Below, piece by piece: positions 10,014 through 17,980 of a stretch of 64,000 bases of DNA. The DNA comes from an uncultured Lachnospiraceae bacterium (GTDB lineage: Bacteria; Bacillota; Clostridia; Lachnospirales; Lachnospiraceae), in assembly GCA_910585965.1 (NCBI GenBank), contig CAJUHH010000014.1, forward strand, positions 10,148 to 74,147, read 5' to 3'. Under the pieces are notes generated by a model that was not told the DNA's origin, did not search any database, and saw only the letters and a list, made by a program, of their open reading frames with translations. The stretch's first letter is position 1. Each line of letters opens with the position of its first letter. The translations under genes were made by a program, and so were the position numbers.

Positions 10014-10985
10014 TCATTCATTAAAATTATCATAAACCTTAATACACCTAAACTGCGAATTTACATAATTCTTAAGTGATTCTTTCCTTTTCTTCCATGC
10101 CTCTTGCTGGCAATATTTTAGTATAACATCTTTCATTCCTGTCACTTGTCGTATGACAATTGGATCCATTCCTATATAAAACATATTAATTACGGCGTAT
10201 TTTGCCAAACCATCTAAAGTTATTTTTTTCCCCGTTCCCTGTATCTTGTTAAAATTTTTTATTATGGTATCAAAGTGGTCGCTGATTGGACGTTGGTTTT
10301 CAGCCATAGCAAATAATAAATCTTTGTCTATCTTTTCATCATATATTTTTTGTACATTTATATATATCTGATATGGTAATTCCAATCTTATATTCTCTTT
10401 TTCCACTTGTATTTCTATTGTTCGTCTTTGTTCATCAAAACAGTCTCTCTTCATTTCAGCTATTGTGCCTAACTTAAATCCATATAACAGAATTAAAGGA
10501 ATAACTGCTTTCGCCATTTTGTTTCTTAACGAATCATCGCCCAAATTTTTGAGATATTTAACCAAATTCTCATATCCTTCATCATCCAAATGTTGTCTGG
10601 GTTCATATGATTTTAAACTTTTACTGCTTCTATTTAAAATATTATCACGATATTCCTGAAAGTTTCCAACAACAGAGAGCGGGCATGAAGGCCATTCGGG
10701 AAAAATAACAGCTTTGAAAAATTCGTTTGCCGCAGTTAAATATTTATCAACGGCAGCTTCTCCCGTCACCTTTGGCCTTTGAATGTACTCAACGCCTGCA
10801 TCAATAATATGGGAGGCTGAAATCATTTTTTTAAAGAGTTCTTCTGCTGCAATGCCCTCCTTTATACAATAATGCTCCAAATGAGGTATTAAACTATTTT
10901 GCAATACTTTAACATAGTTATTGTATTTGCCTGTTGTAAGACCGCTTGAGAATCTTTCTATAAGTACATCAAATTCTTTTAACAT
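10014..10985 (-). CDS. Tyrosine-recombinase-fold protein with degenerate catalytic motifs
   Basis: LILLYGFKLGTIAEMK aligns to box I (LLxTGxRxxE), ITLDGLAKYAVINM to HxLRH box II, and VTGMKDVILKY to LGH..T..Y; AT-rich. Confidence 0.65.
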   Translation of the reverse strand: MLKEFDVLIERFSSGLTTGKYNNYVKVLQNSLIPHLEHYCIKEGIAAEELFKKMISASHIIDAGVEYIQRPKVTGEAAVDKYLTAANEFFKAVIFPEWPSCPLSVVGNFQEYRDNILNRSSKSLKSYEPRQHLDDEGYENLVKYLKNLGDDSLRNKMAKAVIPLILLYGFKLGTIAEMKRDCFDEQRRTIEIQVEKENIRLELPYQIYINVQKIYDEKIDKDLLFAMAENQRPISDHFDTIIKNFNKIQGTGKKITLDGLAKYAVINMFYIGMDPIVIRQVTGMKDVILKYCQQEAWKKRKESLKNYVNSQFRCIKVYDNFNE

Positions 10986-11362
10986 TTTGCATTACACTCC
11001 GTTCTTTTCTTTTTTTTATAGTAATTCAATGATTAGCATTTGTCAACTATAAAATAAAAATTTGAATATATTAGGTTATTTTGCTGTAAATATAACATAT
11101 ATATAAAATAAAATTATTTATTTTACCATATAATGGTTTCAATAAAACTTTTATTTCATTTGGAATTATATTGTTATTATTTGTTTGTTTTGAGGGGATC
11201 TGCTTCGCAAACAAATTCTTGTAATAGTGAAATAAAGGAGAATGGGCTTGCATATCCTATTTCACAGAATTTTTATACTGTTATAAGATTTATTCCCTTT
11301 TAAAAACCACCATAAAGTGGTAAAATAGAAACATAAACAACGGAAAGGGTGTGGGGATCGAT

Positions 11363-11923
11363 ATGGGAAGGATATGCGTTTTTTTTGCACCAGGATATGA
11401 GGAGATTGAGGCGCTTGCCGTGGTTGACCTGCTGAGAAGGGCGGGGATCGATACGGATATGGTGTCCATTACCAAAGAACGGGAAGCGACAAGCTCTCAC
11501 GGAGTAACGGTCCGGATGGACAAAGTATTTGACGAAGTGGATTTTGAGGATACGGATATGATCGTCCTGCCTGGAGGAATGCCGGGAACGAAGAATTTGG
11601 AGGCGTTCCAGCCATTGATGGAGAAACTGGACGAGTTTTACGAAAAGAAAAAATATATCGGCGCGATCTGCGCCGCCCCCAGTATTCTTGGACACAGGGG
11701 AATGCTGAAAGGGAGAAGGGCGTGTTCGTTTCCTGAATTCGAAAGCCATCTGGAGGGCGCTCAGGTGGAGCAGAGCCCGGCTGTGGTTTCAGATTTTATT
11801 ATTACAGGAAGAGGAATGGGATGCGCTGTGGATTTCGGACTTGCCATCGTGGAGAAACTCCAAGGGAAAGAGGCGGCTGCCGCGCTGGCGGAGAAGGTTG
11901 TCTACGGGCATTATAGCAAATAA
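11363..11923 (+). CDS. DJ-1/PfpI/ThiJ (YajL-like) family protein
   Basis: GYEEIE, VLPGG, GAICAAP nucleophile Cys, ITGRG. Confidence 0.92.
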   Translation: MGRICVFFAPGYEEIEALAVVDLLRRAGIDTDMVSITKEREATSSHGVTVRMDKVFDEVDFEDTDMIVLPGGMPGTKNLEAFQPLMEKLDEFYEKKKYIGAICAAPSILGHRGMLKGRRACSFPEFESHLEGAQVEQSPAVVSDFIITGRGMGCAVDFGLAIVEKLQGKEAAAALAEKVVYGHYSK

Positions 11924-11933
11924 GGGAGTGTCT

Positions 11934-12362
11934 ATGAATATATTATTTTTTTTAACGCCGAAGAGCGAAGTGGATTACATTTACGATGACGATACGCTGT
12001 GGCAGACATTAGAAAAAATGGAGCATAATAAATATACAGCGATACCGATTATCAACCATGAGGATGGAACTTATGTAGGGACGATAACGGAGGGGGATCT
12101 GTTGTGGGACGTAAAGGAAAGATATGATTTGGACCTGGGGAATGCGGCGGAGGACATGCCGATCCTTAATATAAGAAGAAAAAGAGACAATGAGCCGGTA
12201 GAGGCGGATGCGGATGTGGAAGATATTATCAATAAAGTCATGAACCAGAATTTTGTTCCGGTGATTGATGACAGCGAGTGCTTCATAGGGATCATTACAA
12301 GAAAAGATGTCATGCAGTATCTGACAAGGAAATGCGCCCTCCATGAGGCGGTATTTGCATAA
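11934..12362 (+). CDS. Tandem CBS-domain protein (YkuL/DarB/CbpB-like)
   Basis: YTAIPII..GTYVGTITEGD and NFVPVIDD..FIGIITRKD; ATG at 11934 after RBS agggag. Confidence 0.85.
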   Translation: MNILFFLTPKSEVDYIYDDDTLWQTLEKMEHNKYTAIPIINHEDGTYVGTITEGDLLWDVKERYDLDLGNAAEDMPILNIRRKRDNEPVEADADVEDIINKVMNQNFVPVIDDSECFIGIITRKDVMQYLTRKCALHEAVFA

Positions 12363-12617
12363 AATGGCTACATAATGCAATATAACAATATCAAATGAAA
12401 TAAAAAATATAGATATTTTTGTTTGCCAAAACTTACCTTAATATTTCATTCATCTTCGTAAATACTAACATCAAGATAAGTGATTCGGTTCGGGCTTAGT
12501 TCGGATGCGCAACGCACGGGAAATGCGTGGGTGTTCGGGATAAGCAGAAGAACCAGGACTGCTTATCTCGAATATAGATAGCGAATGCTAGAAATACGAA
12601 ATTGGAGGTGAATTAGG

Positions 12618-12818
12618 ATGGCAAGCAGCAAATCTAATAGAGTAGAAGTTCCTGAAGCGAAAGCAGCTATGGATCGTTTTAAGACAGAGGTTGCTTCTGA
12701 ATTAGGCGTGAACCTGAAGGAAGGTTACAACGGTGACTTGACTTCTAAGGAAGCGGGATCTATCGGCGGCGAAATGGTTCGTAGAATGATCAAGAAGCAG
12801 GAAGAGCAGATGAAATAA
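12618..12818 (+). CDS. alpha/beta-type small acid-soluble spore protein
   Basis: FKTEVASELGV..GDLTSKEAGSIGGEMV signature; RBS ggaggtg. Confidence 0.95.
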   Translation: MASSKSNRVEVPEAKAAMDRFKTEVASELGVNLKEGYNGDLTSKEAGSIGGEMVRRMIKKQEEQMK

Positions 12819-12828
12819 CAAAGCAAGA

Positions 12829-12860
12829 AAACGACCCGTCTGGAAACAGGCGGGTTGTTT
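12829..12860 (+). terminator. Intrinsic terminator after SASP gene
   Basis: aaacgacccgtctg-gaaa-caggcgggttgttt. Confidence 0.75.
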
Positions 12861-12975
12861 GATACATAGGAGGCAAAAGCCAGCGCGGCCGGCGGGTCTG
12901 GCAGAATGGGTTTCCCGCCCGGGAAGAAGTTATGCCAACTCTAATGCACGAAACAATGGAGGTATAAAGGATACA

Positions 12976-13650
12976 ATGGAGAAAAATTTGAATGATACAG
13001 AGGATGTCCAGGAATGGAAGGTGATAGAAGAGGCTTTCCGGGAAGGGGGGGAGGTGGACCGGTACCAGCGGATGATCATGCAGTACCAGTGCGCCATGCT
13101 GGAAGTAAAAACAAAGCTGGACGTGCTGAATGCGGAGCTTTCCCTCCAGAACAGGAGGAATCCTTTTGAAACGATTAAATGCCGGATCAAGTCGCCCAGG
13201 AGCATCAGGGAGAAGCTGGAGAGGAACCGGCTGGCCATGACGATAGAAAATGCGGAGAAAAATTTGAACGATATCGCGGGAATCCGGGTGATCTGTTCTT
13301 TTCCCGACGATATTTATATGCTGGCGGACTGTCTTCTCGCCCAGGACGATATAGTGCTGGTATCAAAGAAGGATTACATAAAAAATCCGAAGCCGAACGG
13401 CTACCGGAGCCTTCATCTCATTATAGAAGTGCCGATCTTCCTGACTGATGAAAAGCGGCCGGTGCGGGTAGAGGTGCAGTTCCGCACGATTGCTATGGAT
13501 TTTTGGGCGAGCCTGGAGCATAAGCTGAAATACAAGAAGCATATTAAGAAGGCGGAAAGCATTTCCAATGAACTGTTCTACTGCGCGGAACTGATTTCCC
13601 AGCTGGACGGAAGGATGCAGCAGATCAGGGAGAAGATCGAGGAGGAGTGA
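12976..13650 (+). CDS. Small alarmone synthetase (RelP/RelQ-like (p)ppGpp synthetase)
   Basis: RIKSPRS..EKL, DIAGIR, NGYRSLH, EVQFRT.AMDFWASLEH; start taken at the ATG after aaagga. Confidence 0.92.
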   Translation: MEKNLNDTEDVQEWKVIEEAFREGGEVDRYQRMIMQYQCAMLEVKTKLDVLNAELSLQNRRNPFETIKCRIKSPRSIREKLERNRLAMTIENAEKNLNDIAGIRVICSFPDDIYMLADCLLAQDDIVLVSKKDYIKNPKPNGYRSLHLIIEVPIFLTDEKRPVRVEVQFRTIAMDFWASLEHKLKYKKHIKKAESISNELFYCAELISQLDGRMQQIREKIEEE

Positions 13651-13660
13651 CGGATTGAAA
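13597..13660 (+). repeat. 64-bp exact direct repeat, copy 1 (3' end of synthetase gene)
   Basis: tcccagctggacggaaggatgcagcagatcagggagaagatcgaggaggagtgacggattgaaa, identical to 14406-14469. Confidence 0.97.
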
Positions 13661-14017
13661 AAGGAAAATAATTATATGCCGCAGACGATGCAAGTATTAT
13701 TGGAAAAATATATGGTTGAGATAAAAAAGATATATGGCGGACATCTCAGGCAGGTTGTTTTGTATGGCTCCTATGCAAGGGGGGATTTTGGCCCGGATTC
13801 TGATGTGGACATTATGATACTTTTGGATATGTCCGATATGGAGTTGAAAAGATACAGTCGACAGCTTTCCTATATGACATACGATTTTAATATGGACCAT
13901 GGCATTGATATTAAATCCATGGCCAAGAATGAGAATCATTTTAAAAAGTGGGTCGAAAATTATCCGTTTTATGCCAATATCCAAAAAGAGGGGGTCGTTT
14001 TGTATGGAGCGGCTTAA
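13655..14017 (+). CDS. Minimal nucleotidyltransferase (MNT) antitoxin-like protein
   Basis: LYGSYARGDFGPDSDVDI GSx10DxD motif; true start may be the ATG at 13676. Confidence 0.88.
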   Translation: MKKENNYMPQTMQVLLEKYMVEIKKIYGGHLRQVVLYGSYARGDFGPDSDVDIMILLDMSDMELKRYSRQLSYMTYDFNMDHGIDIKSMAKNENHFKKWVENYPFYANIQKEGVVLYGAA

Positions 14018-14459
14018 AGAAAATTTTGGAACAAAGGAAGATTTGGCCATGCACCGTCTTCAAACGGCAAAAAGCAATTTAAAATCGGCAAAAATCCTTC
14101 TTGAGGCTAAGGAATATAAAAGTGCGAATAACCGTGCCTACTATGCTGTTTTTCATGCTATTAATGCAATACATGCATTAAAGGGAAAGGCTTATAAGCG
14201 CCATAAGGATGCGGTCAGCAATTTTAACAAGGATTATGTAAAGACAGGAATATTTCCCAGGGAAATGGGGAGAAGAATCGGTGAGGCGGAAGAGATCCGT
14301 CATGCCAGCGACTATGATGATTTTTATGTAGCAGGAAGGGAAGAGGCAGAACGGCAGATTGAAACGGCCGATGAATTTATCGAGATGGCAGAGGGATATT
14401 GTGTGTCCCAGCTGGACGGAAGGATGCAGCAGATCAGGGAGAAGATCGAGGAGGAGTGA
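14004..14459 (+). CDS. HEPN domain protein (MNT-HEPN pair)
   Basis: SANNRAYYAVFHA, KRH, RHASDY motifs; overlaps the MNT stop; C-terminal SQLDGRMQQIREKIEEE comes from the repeat. Confidence 0.88.
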   Translation: MERLKENFGTKEDLAMHRLQTAKSNLKSAKILLEAKEYKSANNRAYYAVFHAINAIHALKGKAYKRHKDAVSNFNKDYVKTGIFPREMGRRIGEAEEIRHASDYDDFYVAGREEAERQIETADEFIEMAEGYCVSQLDGRMQQIREKIEEE

Positions 14460-14469
14460 CGGATTGAAA
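14406..14469 (+). repeat. 64-bp exact direct repeat, copy 2
   Basis: Identical to 13597-13660. Confidence 0.97.
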
Positions 14470-14514
14470 GTTTTGCGGCGAAAAGTTTTGCGATGAAAAG
14501 TTTTGCGACGAAAA
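14466..14514 (+). repeat. 15-bp tandem repeat, about 3 copies
   Basis: gaaagttttgcggc / gaaaagttttgcgat / gaaaagttttgcgac / gaaaa. Confidence 0.9.
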
Positions 14515-14527
14515 CTGCAAGAAATAC

Positions 14528-14556
14528 TGGAATTTTCCTTGCCGATGTGCTATAAT
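14528..14556 (+). promoter_or_regulatory. Probable sigmaA promoter of tig
   Basis: tggaat-17 bp-tataat with TG extension. Confidence 0.55.
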
Positions 14557-14634
14557 CGCCTAATGACTGTACTGATATAATTATTTTTCATAATAAACGG
14601 ACAGATGGTTCATATAAGGAGGAAACGGATAAAA

Positions 14635-15921
14635 ATGAGCGTACAGGTGGAAAAATTAGAAAAAAACATGGCAAAACTGACGATTGAAGTATCTGCCGAA
14701 GAGTTGGAGAAAGCAATCGAGGGCGCTTATCGGAAAAATAAGAACAGCATCAGAGTTCCTGGTTTCAGGAAGGGAAAAGTGCCGAGGCAGATGATAGAGA
14801 GAATGTACGGAAAAGAAGTATTTTACGAGGATGCGATTAACGCGCTCATCCCTGACGCTTATGAAAAAGCGCTGGAAGAATGCGGAGAGGAGATCGTTTC
14901 TTCCCCGAAGATCGACGTGGAGCAGATAGAAGCGGGCAAGCCTTTTATTTTTACTGCGGAAGTGGCGGTAAAACCGGAAGTAAGGCTGGGCAAGTACAAG
15001 GGCGTTAAGATCGATAAGATAGACGTGGAAGTTACTGACGAAGAAGTGGATGCGGAGATCGAAAGAGAACGCAATAATAATGCAAGAAACATTGTGGTGG
15101 AGGACAGGCCGGTCAAAGACGGCGATATGACGATCATTGATTTCGAAGGTTTTGTGGACGGCGTGGCGTTTGAAGGCGGCAAGGGAGAGGATTATCCCCT
15201 GACGATCGGTTCCGGCGCATTTATCCCTGGCTTCGAAGAACAGCTGGTAGGGGCTGAGATCGGCAAAGAAGTGGAAGTAAATGTCACGTTCCCCGAGAAC
15301 TACCAGGCAGAAGAATTAAAAGGAAAAGACGCTTTGTTCAAATGCGTAGTAAAGGAGATCAAAGAAAAAGAGCTGCCGGAACTGGATGACGAGTTCGCGG
15401 GAGAGGTTTCCGAATTCGACACGCTGGCGGAGTATAGAGAGGACGTAAAGAAGAATCTGACGGAGAGAAAAGAAAAGAACGCGAAGGATGCGAAGGAAGA
15501 TGCCGTGATCGACGCGATCATCAATGATTCCGATATGGAGATCCCGGAGCCGATGGTGGAGACGCAGCAGAGACAGCTTTTGGATGATTTCGCCCAGAGG
15601 ATGCAGATGCAGGGAATCAGTATGGAACAGTATTTCCAGCTTACCGGCAGCAACTATGATATGATGCTGGAGCAGGTAAAGCCCCAGGCGGAAAAGAGAA
15701 TCAAATCAAGGCTTGTTCTGGAAGCGGTAGTGGAAAAGGAAAATATCGAGGTTTCCGAAGAGGAATACGCGAAGGAAACGGAGAGAATGGCGGAGATTTA
15801 CCAGATGGAAGCGGAGAAAGTAAGGGAAATGCTCGACGGCAAGGAAAAAGAGCAGGTGATGAACGATCTCGCTATTCGAAAAGCGATAGATTTTGTGGTA
15901 GAAAACGCGATAGAGAAATAA
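14635..15921 (+). CDS. tig: Trigger factor
   Basis: PGFRKGK ribosome-binding loop, FKBP domain IDFEG..FIPGFEEQL; precedes clpP-clpX-lon. Confidence 0.97.
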   Translation: MSVQVEKLEKNMAKLTIEVSAEELEKAIEGAYRKNKNSIRVPGFRKGKVPRQMIERMYGKEVFYEDAINALIPDAYEKALEECGEEIVSSPKIDVEQIEAGKPFIFTAEVAVKPEVRLGKYKGVKIDKIDVEVTDEEVDAEIERERNNNARNIVVEDRPVKDGDMTIIDFEGFVDGVAFEGGKGEDYPLTIGSGAFIPGFEEQLVGAEIGKEVEVNVTFPENYQAEELKGKDALFKCVVKEIKEKELPELDDEFAGEVSEFDTLAEYREDVKKNLTERKEKNAKDAKEDAVIDAIINDSDMEIPEPMVETQQRQLLDDFAQRMQMQGISMEQYFQLTGSNYDMMLEQVKPQAEKRIKSRLVLEAVVEKENIEVSEEEYAKETERMAEIYQMEAEKVREMLDGKEKEQVMNDLAIRKAIDFVVENAIEK

Positions 15922-16043
15922 AATCTTATAAAACAATAAAAAATCTCTTAATTCAGAGTTGTTTTATTGCATAATCGATTTCTATGGACTATGATTATTT
16001 CAGGGCGGCAGAACCAGCCGGCCAGTACGAGGAGGAAATCAGT

Positions 16044-16640
16044 ATGAGTTTAGTGCCTTATGTCATAGAGCAGACGAGCAGGGGCGAGAGGTCTTATGAT
16101 ATTTATTCGAGGCTTTTAAAAGACAGGATTATCTTTTTAGGGGAAGAAGTGAACGAAACTTCCGCAAGCATTATCGTAGCGCAGCTTTTGTTTCTGGAAT
16201 CGGAAGACCCGGAAAAAGATATCCATTTGTATATCAACAGCCCGGGCGGCGTCATTACGGCGGGGATGGCAATTTACGATACGATGAATTTTGTCAAATG
16301 CGACGTATCTACCGTCTGCATCGGCATGGCGGCGAGCATGGGGGCTTTTCTTCTTGCGGGCGGAGCGAAGGGAAAGCGTTTTGCGCTTCCCAATGCAGAG
16401 ATCATGATTCACCAGCCAGCGGGCGGCGCCCAGGGGCAGGCTACGGAAATCGAGATTACGGCAAGGCATATCCTTGCTACGAAGGAGAAGATGGCAAGGA
16501 TCATGGCGCAGAATACGGGGCAGGACTTTGAAGTGGTCATGGCGGATACGGAGAGGGATAACTGGAAGACTGCTGAAGAGGCGCTGAGTTATGGGCTTAT
16601 CGATAAAATCATCGAGAACCATGCCAGCTTTGAAAAATAG
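16044..16640 (+). CDS. clpP: ATP-dependent Clp protease proteolytic subunit
   Basis: [28 protein letters not shown]. Confidence 0.98.
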   Translation: MSLVPYVIEQTSRGERSYDIYSRLLKDRIIFLGEEVNETSASIIVAQLLFLESEDPEKDIHLYINSPGGVITAGMAIYDTMNFVKCDVSTVCIGMAASMGAFLLAGGAKGKRFALPNAEIMIHQPAGGAQGQATEIEITARHILATKEKMARIMAQNTGQDFEVVMADTERDNWKTAEEALSYGLIDKIIENHASFEK

Positions 16641-16666
16641 GTAGAATGTAAAAGCAAGGAGAAGAC

Positions 16667-17920
16667 ATGGCTGGGAAGAATTCTGATGATATCAGATGCT
16701 CCTTTTGCAATAAAAGGCAGGAGCAGGTAAAGAAATTGATTGCGGGTCCGGCAGGAGTTTACATTTGCGACGAATGCGTGGAAATCTGCGCGGATATTAT
16801 AGAAGAAGAGTATGAAGATGATCCGATAGAGGAAGAAATGGATATTAATCTTCTGAAACCGGTGGAAATCAAAGAATTTCTGGACGATTACGTGATCGGG
16901 CAGGAGGATGCGAAGAAAGTGCTGGCCGTATCCGTTTATAACCATTATAAAAGGGTAATGGCGCCGAAGGACAACGATGGGATAGAACTCCAGAAGAGCA
17001 ATATTATCATGGTGGGGCCGACCGGTTCGGGCAAGACTTTCCTGGCGCAGACGCTGGCAAAGATTATTAATGTGCCGTTCGCTATTGCAGACGCTACTAC
17101 TTTGACGGAAGCGGGTTATGTAGGCGAAGATGTGGAAAATATTTTATTAAAATTAATACAGGCGGCTGACTACGACGTGGAACGCGCCCAGTACGGCATC
17201 GTTTATATCGATGAGATTGACAAGATCACGAAAAAAGGCGAGAATGTATCCATTACCCGGGACGTATCCGGGGAAGGGGTACAGCAGGCTCTTTTGAAGA
17301 TCGTGGAAGGAACGGTGGCGAGCGTGCCGCCCCAGGGAGGGAGAAAACATCCCCACCAGGAGCTGATCCAGATCGATACGACCAATATATTGTTCATTTG
17401 CGGAGGGGCATTCGACGGCTTGGAGAAAATCGTGGAATCCCGTCTGGATAGAAGCACGATCGGCTTTAATTCGGAAGTTACTTCCAAACATACAAAGGAG
17501 ATCGGCGAACTGCTAAAAGAAGTGACGCCCCAGGATCTGGTAAAATTCGGTTTGATCCCGGAATTCGTAGGGCGCGTGCCGATTAATGTGACTTTGCAGG
17601 GCCTGGATCGGGATGCCCTTGTGAAAATTCTGAAGGAGCCTAAGAGCGCCCTGATTAAGCAATACAAGAAATTGTTTGATTTTGACGGGGTGAGGCTGGA
17701 CTTTGAAGAAGATGCAGTGGAGGCGATCGCGGATAAAGCTTTTGAACGCAAGACAGGAGCGAGAGGACTCCGATCTATTATGGAAGACGTTATGATGGAT
17801 GTGATGTACCGCATACCTTCGGATGAATCCATTATAAAGTGCGTAGTGACGAAAGGAGCTGTGGAAGGGACGAGCGAGCCTCTGATCATCCACAGGGAAG
17901 CGATGCGTCCGGCGAAATAG
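16667..17920 (+). CDS. clpX: ATP-dependent Clp protease ATP-binding subunit
   Basis: CSFC..ICDEC zinc finger, [24 protein letters not shown] loop, TGARGLR. Confidence 0.98.
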   Translation: MAGKNSDDIRCSFCNKRQEQVKKLIAGPAGVYICDECVEICADIIEEEYEDDPIEEEMDINLLKPVEIKEFLDDYVIGQEDAKKVLAVSVYNHYKRVMAPKDNDGIELQKSNIIMVGPTGSGKTFLAQTLAKIINVPFAIADATTLTEAGYVGEDVENILLKLIQAADYDVERAQYGIVYIDEIDKITKKGENVSITRDVSGEGVQQALLKIVEGTVASVPPQGGRKHPHQELIQIDTTNILFICGGAFDGLEKIVESRLDRSTIGFNSEVTSKHTKEIGELLKEVTPQDLVKFGLIPEFVGRVPINVTLQGLDRDALVKILKEPKSALIKQYKKLFDFDGVRLDFEEDAVEAIADKAFERKTGARGLRSIMEDVMMDVMYRIPSDESIIKCVVTKGAVEGTSEPLIIHREAMRPAK

Positions 17921-17934
17921 TGGTAATGGAAAGC

Positions 17935-17962
17935 AGAGTTGGCCGCCGGGCCAACTCTTTTT
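17935..17962 (+). terminator. Hairpin/terminator between clpX and lon
   Basis: agagttggcc-gccg-ggccaactct-tttt. Confidence 0.65.
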
Positions 17963-17980
17963 GCAGGAAAGGAAAAGAAA

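Noticed and set aside
10014..10985. Active integrase marking a prophage or ICE, or serving the 52-64 kb array
   Set aside because: Catalytic residues are missing, there are no phage or conjugation genes or att repeats nearby, and it is more than 40 kb from the array.
12976..13650. Toxic small alarmone synthetase (toxSAS) with the adjacent gene as antitoxin
   Set aside because: It resembles housekeeping RelP/RelQ and has host-like composition; the neighbours form their own MNT-HEPN pair inserted afterwards.
14466..14514. Possible CRISPR array
   Set aside because: 15-bp units are directly adjacent with no spacers and no cas genes; no repeat-spacer array was seen anywhere in the window.
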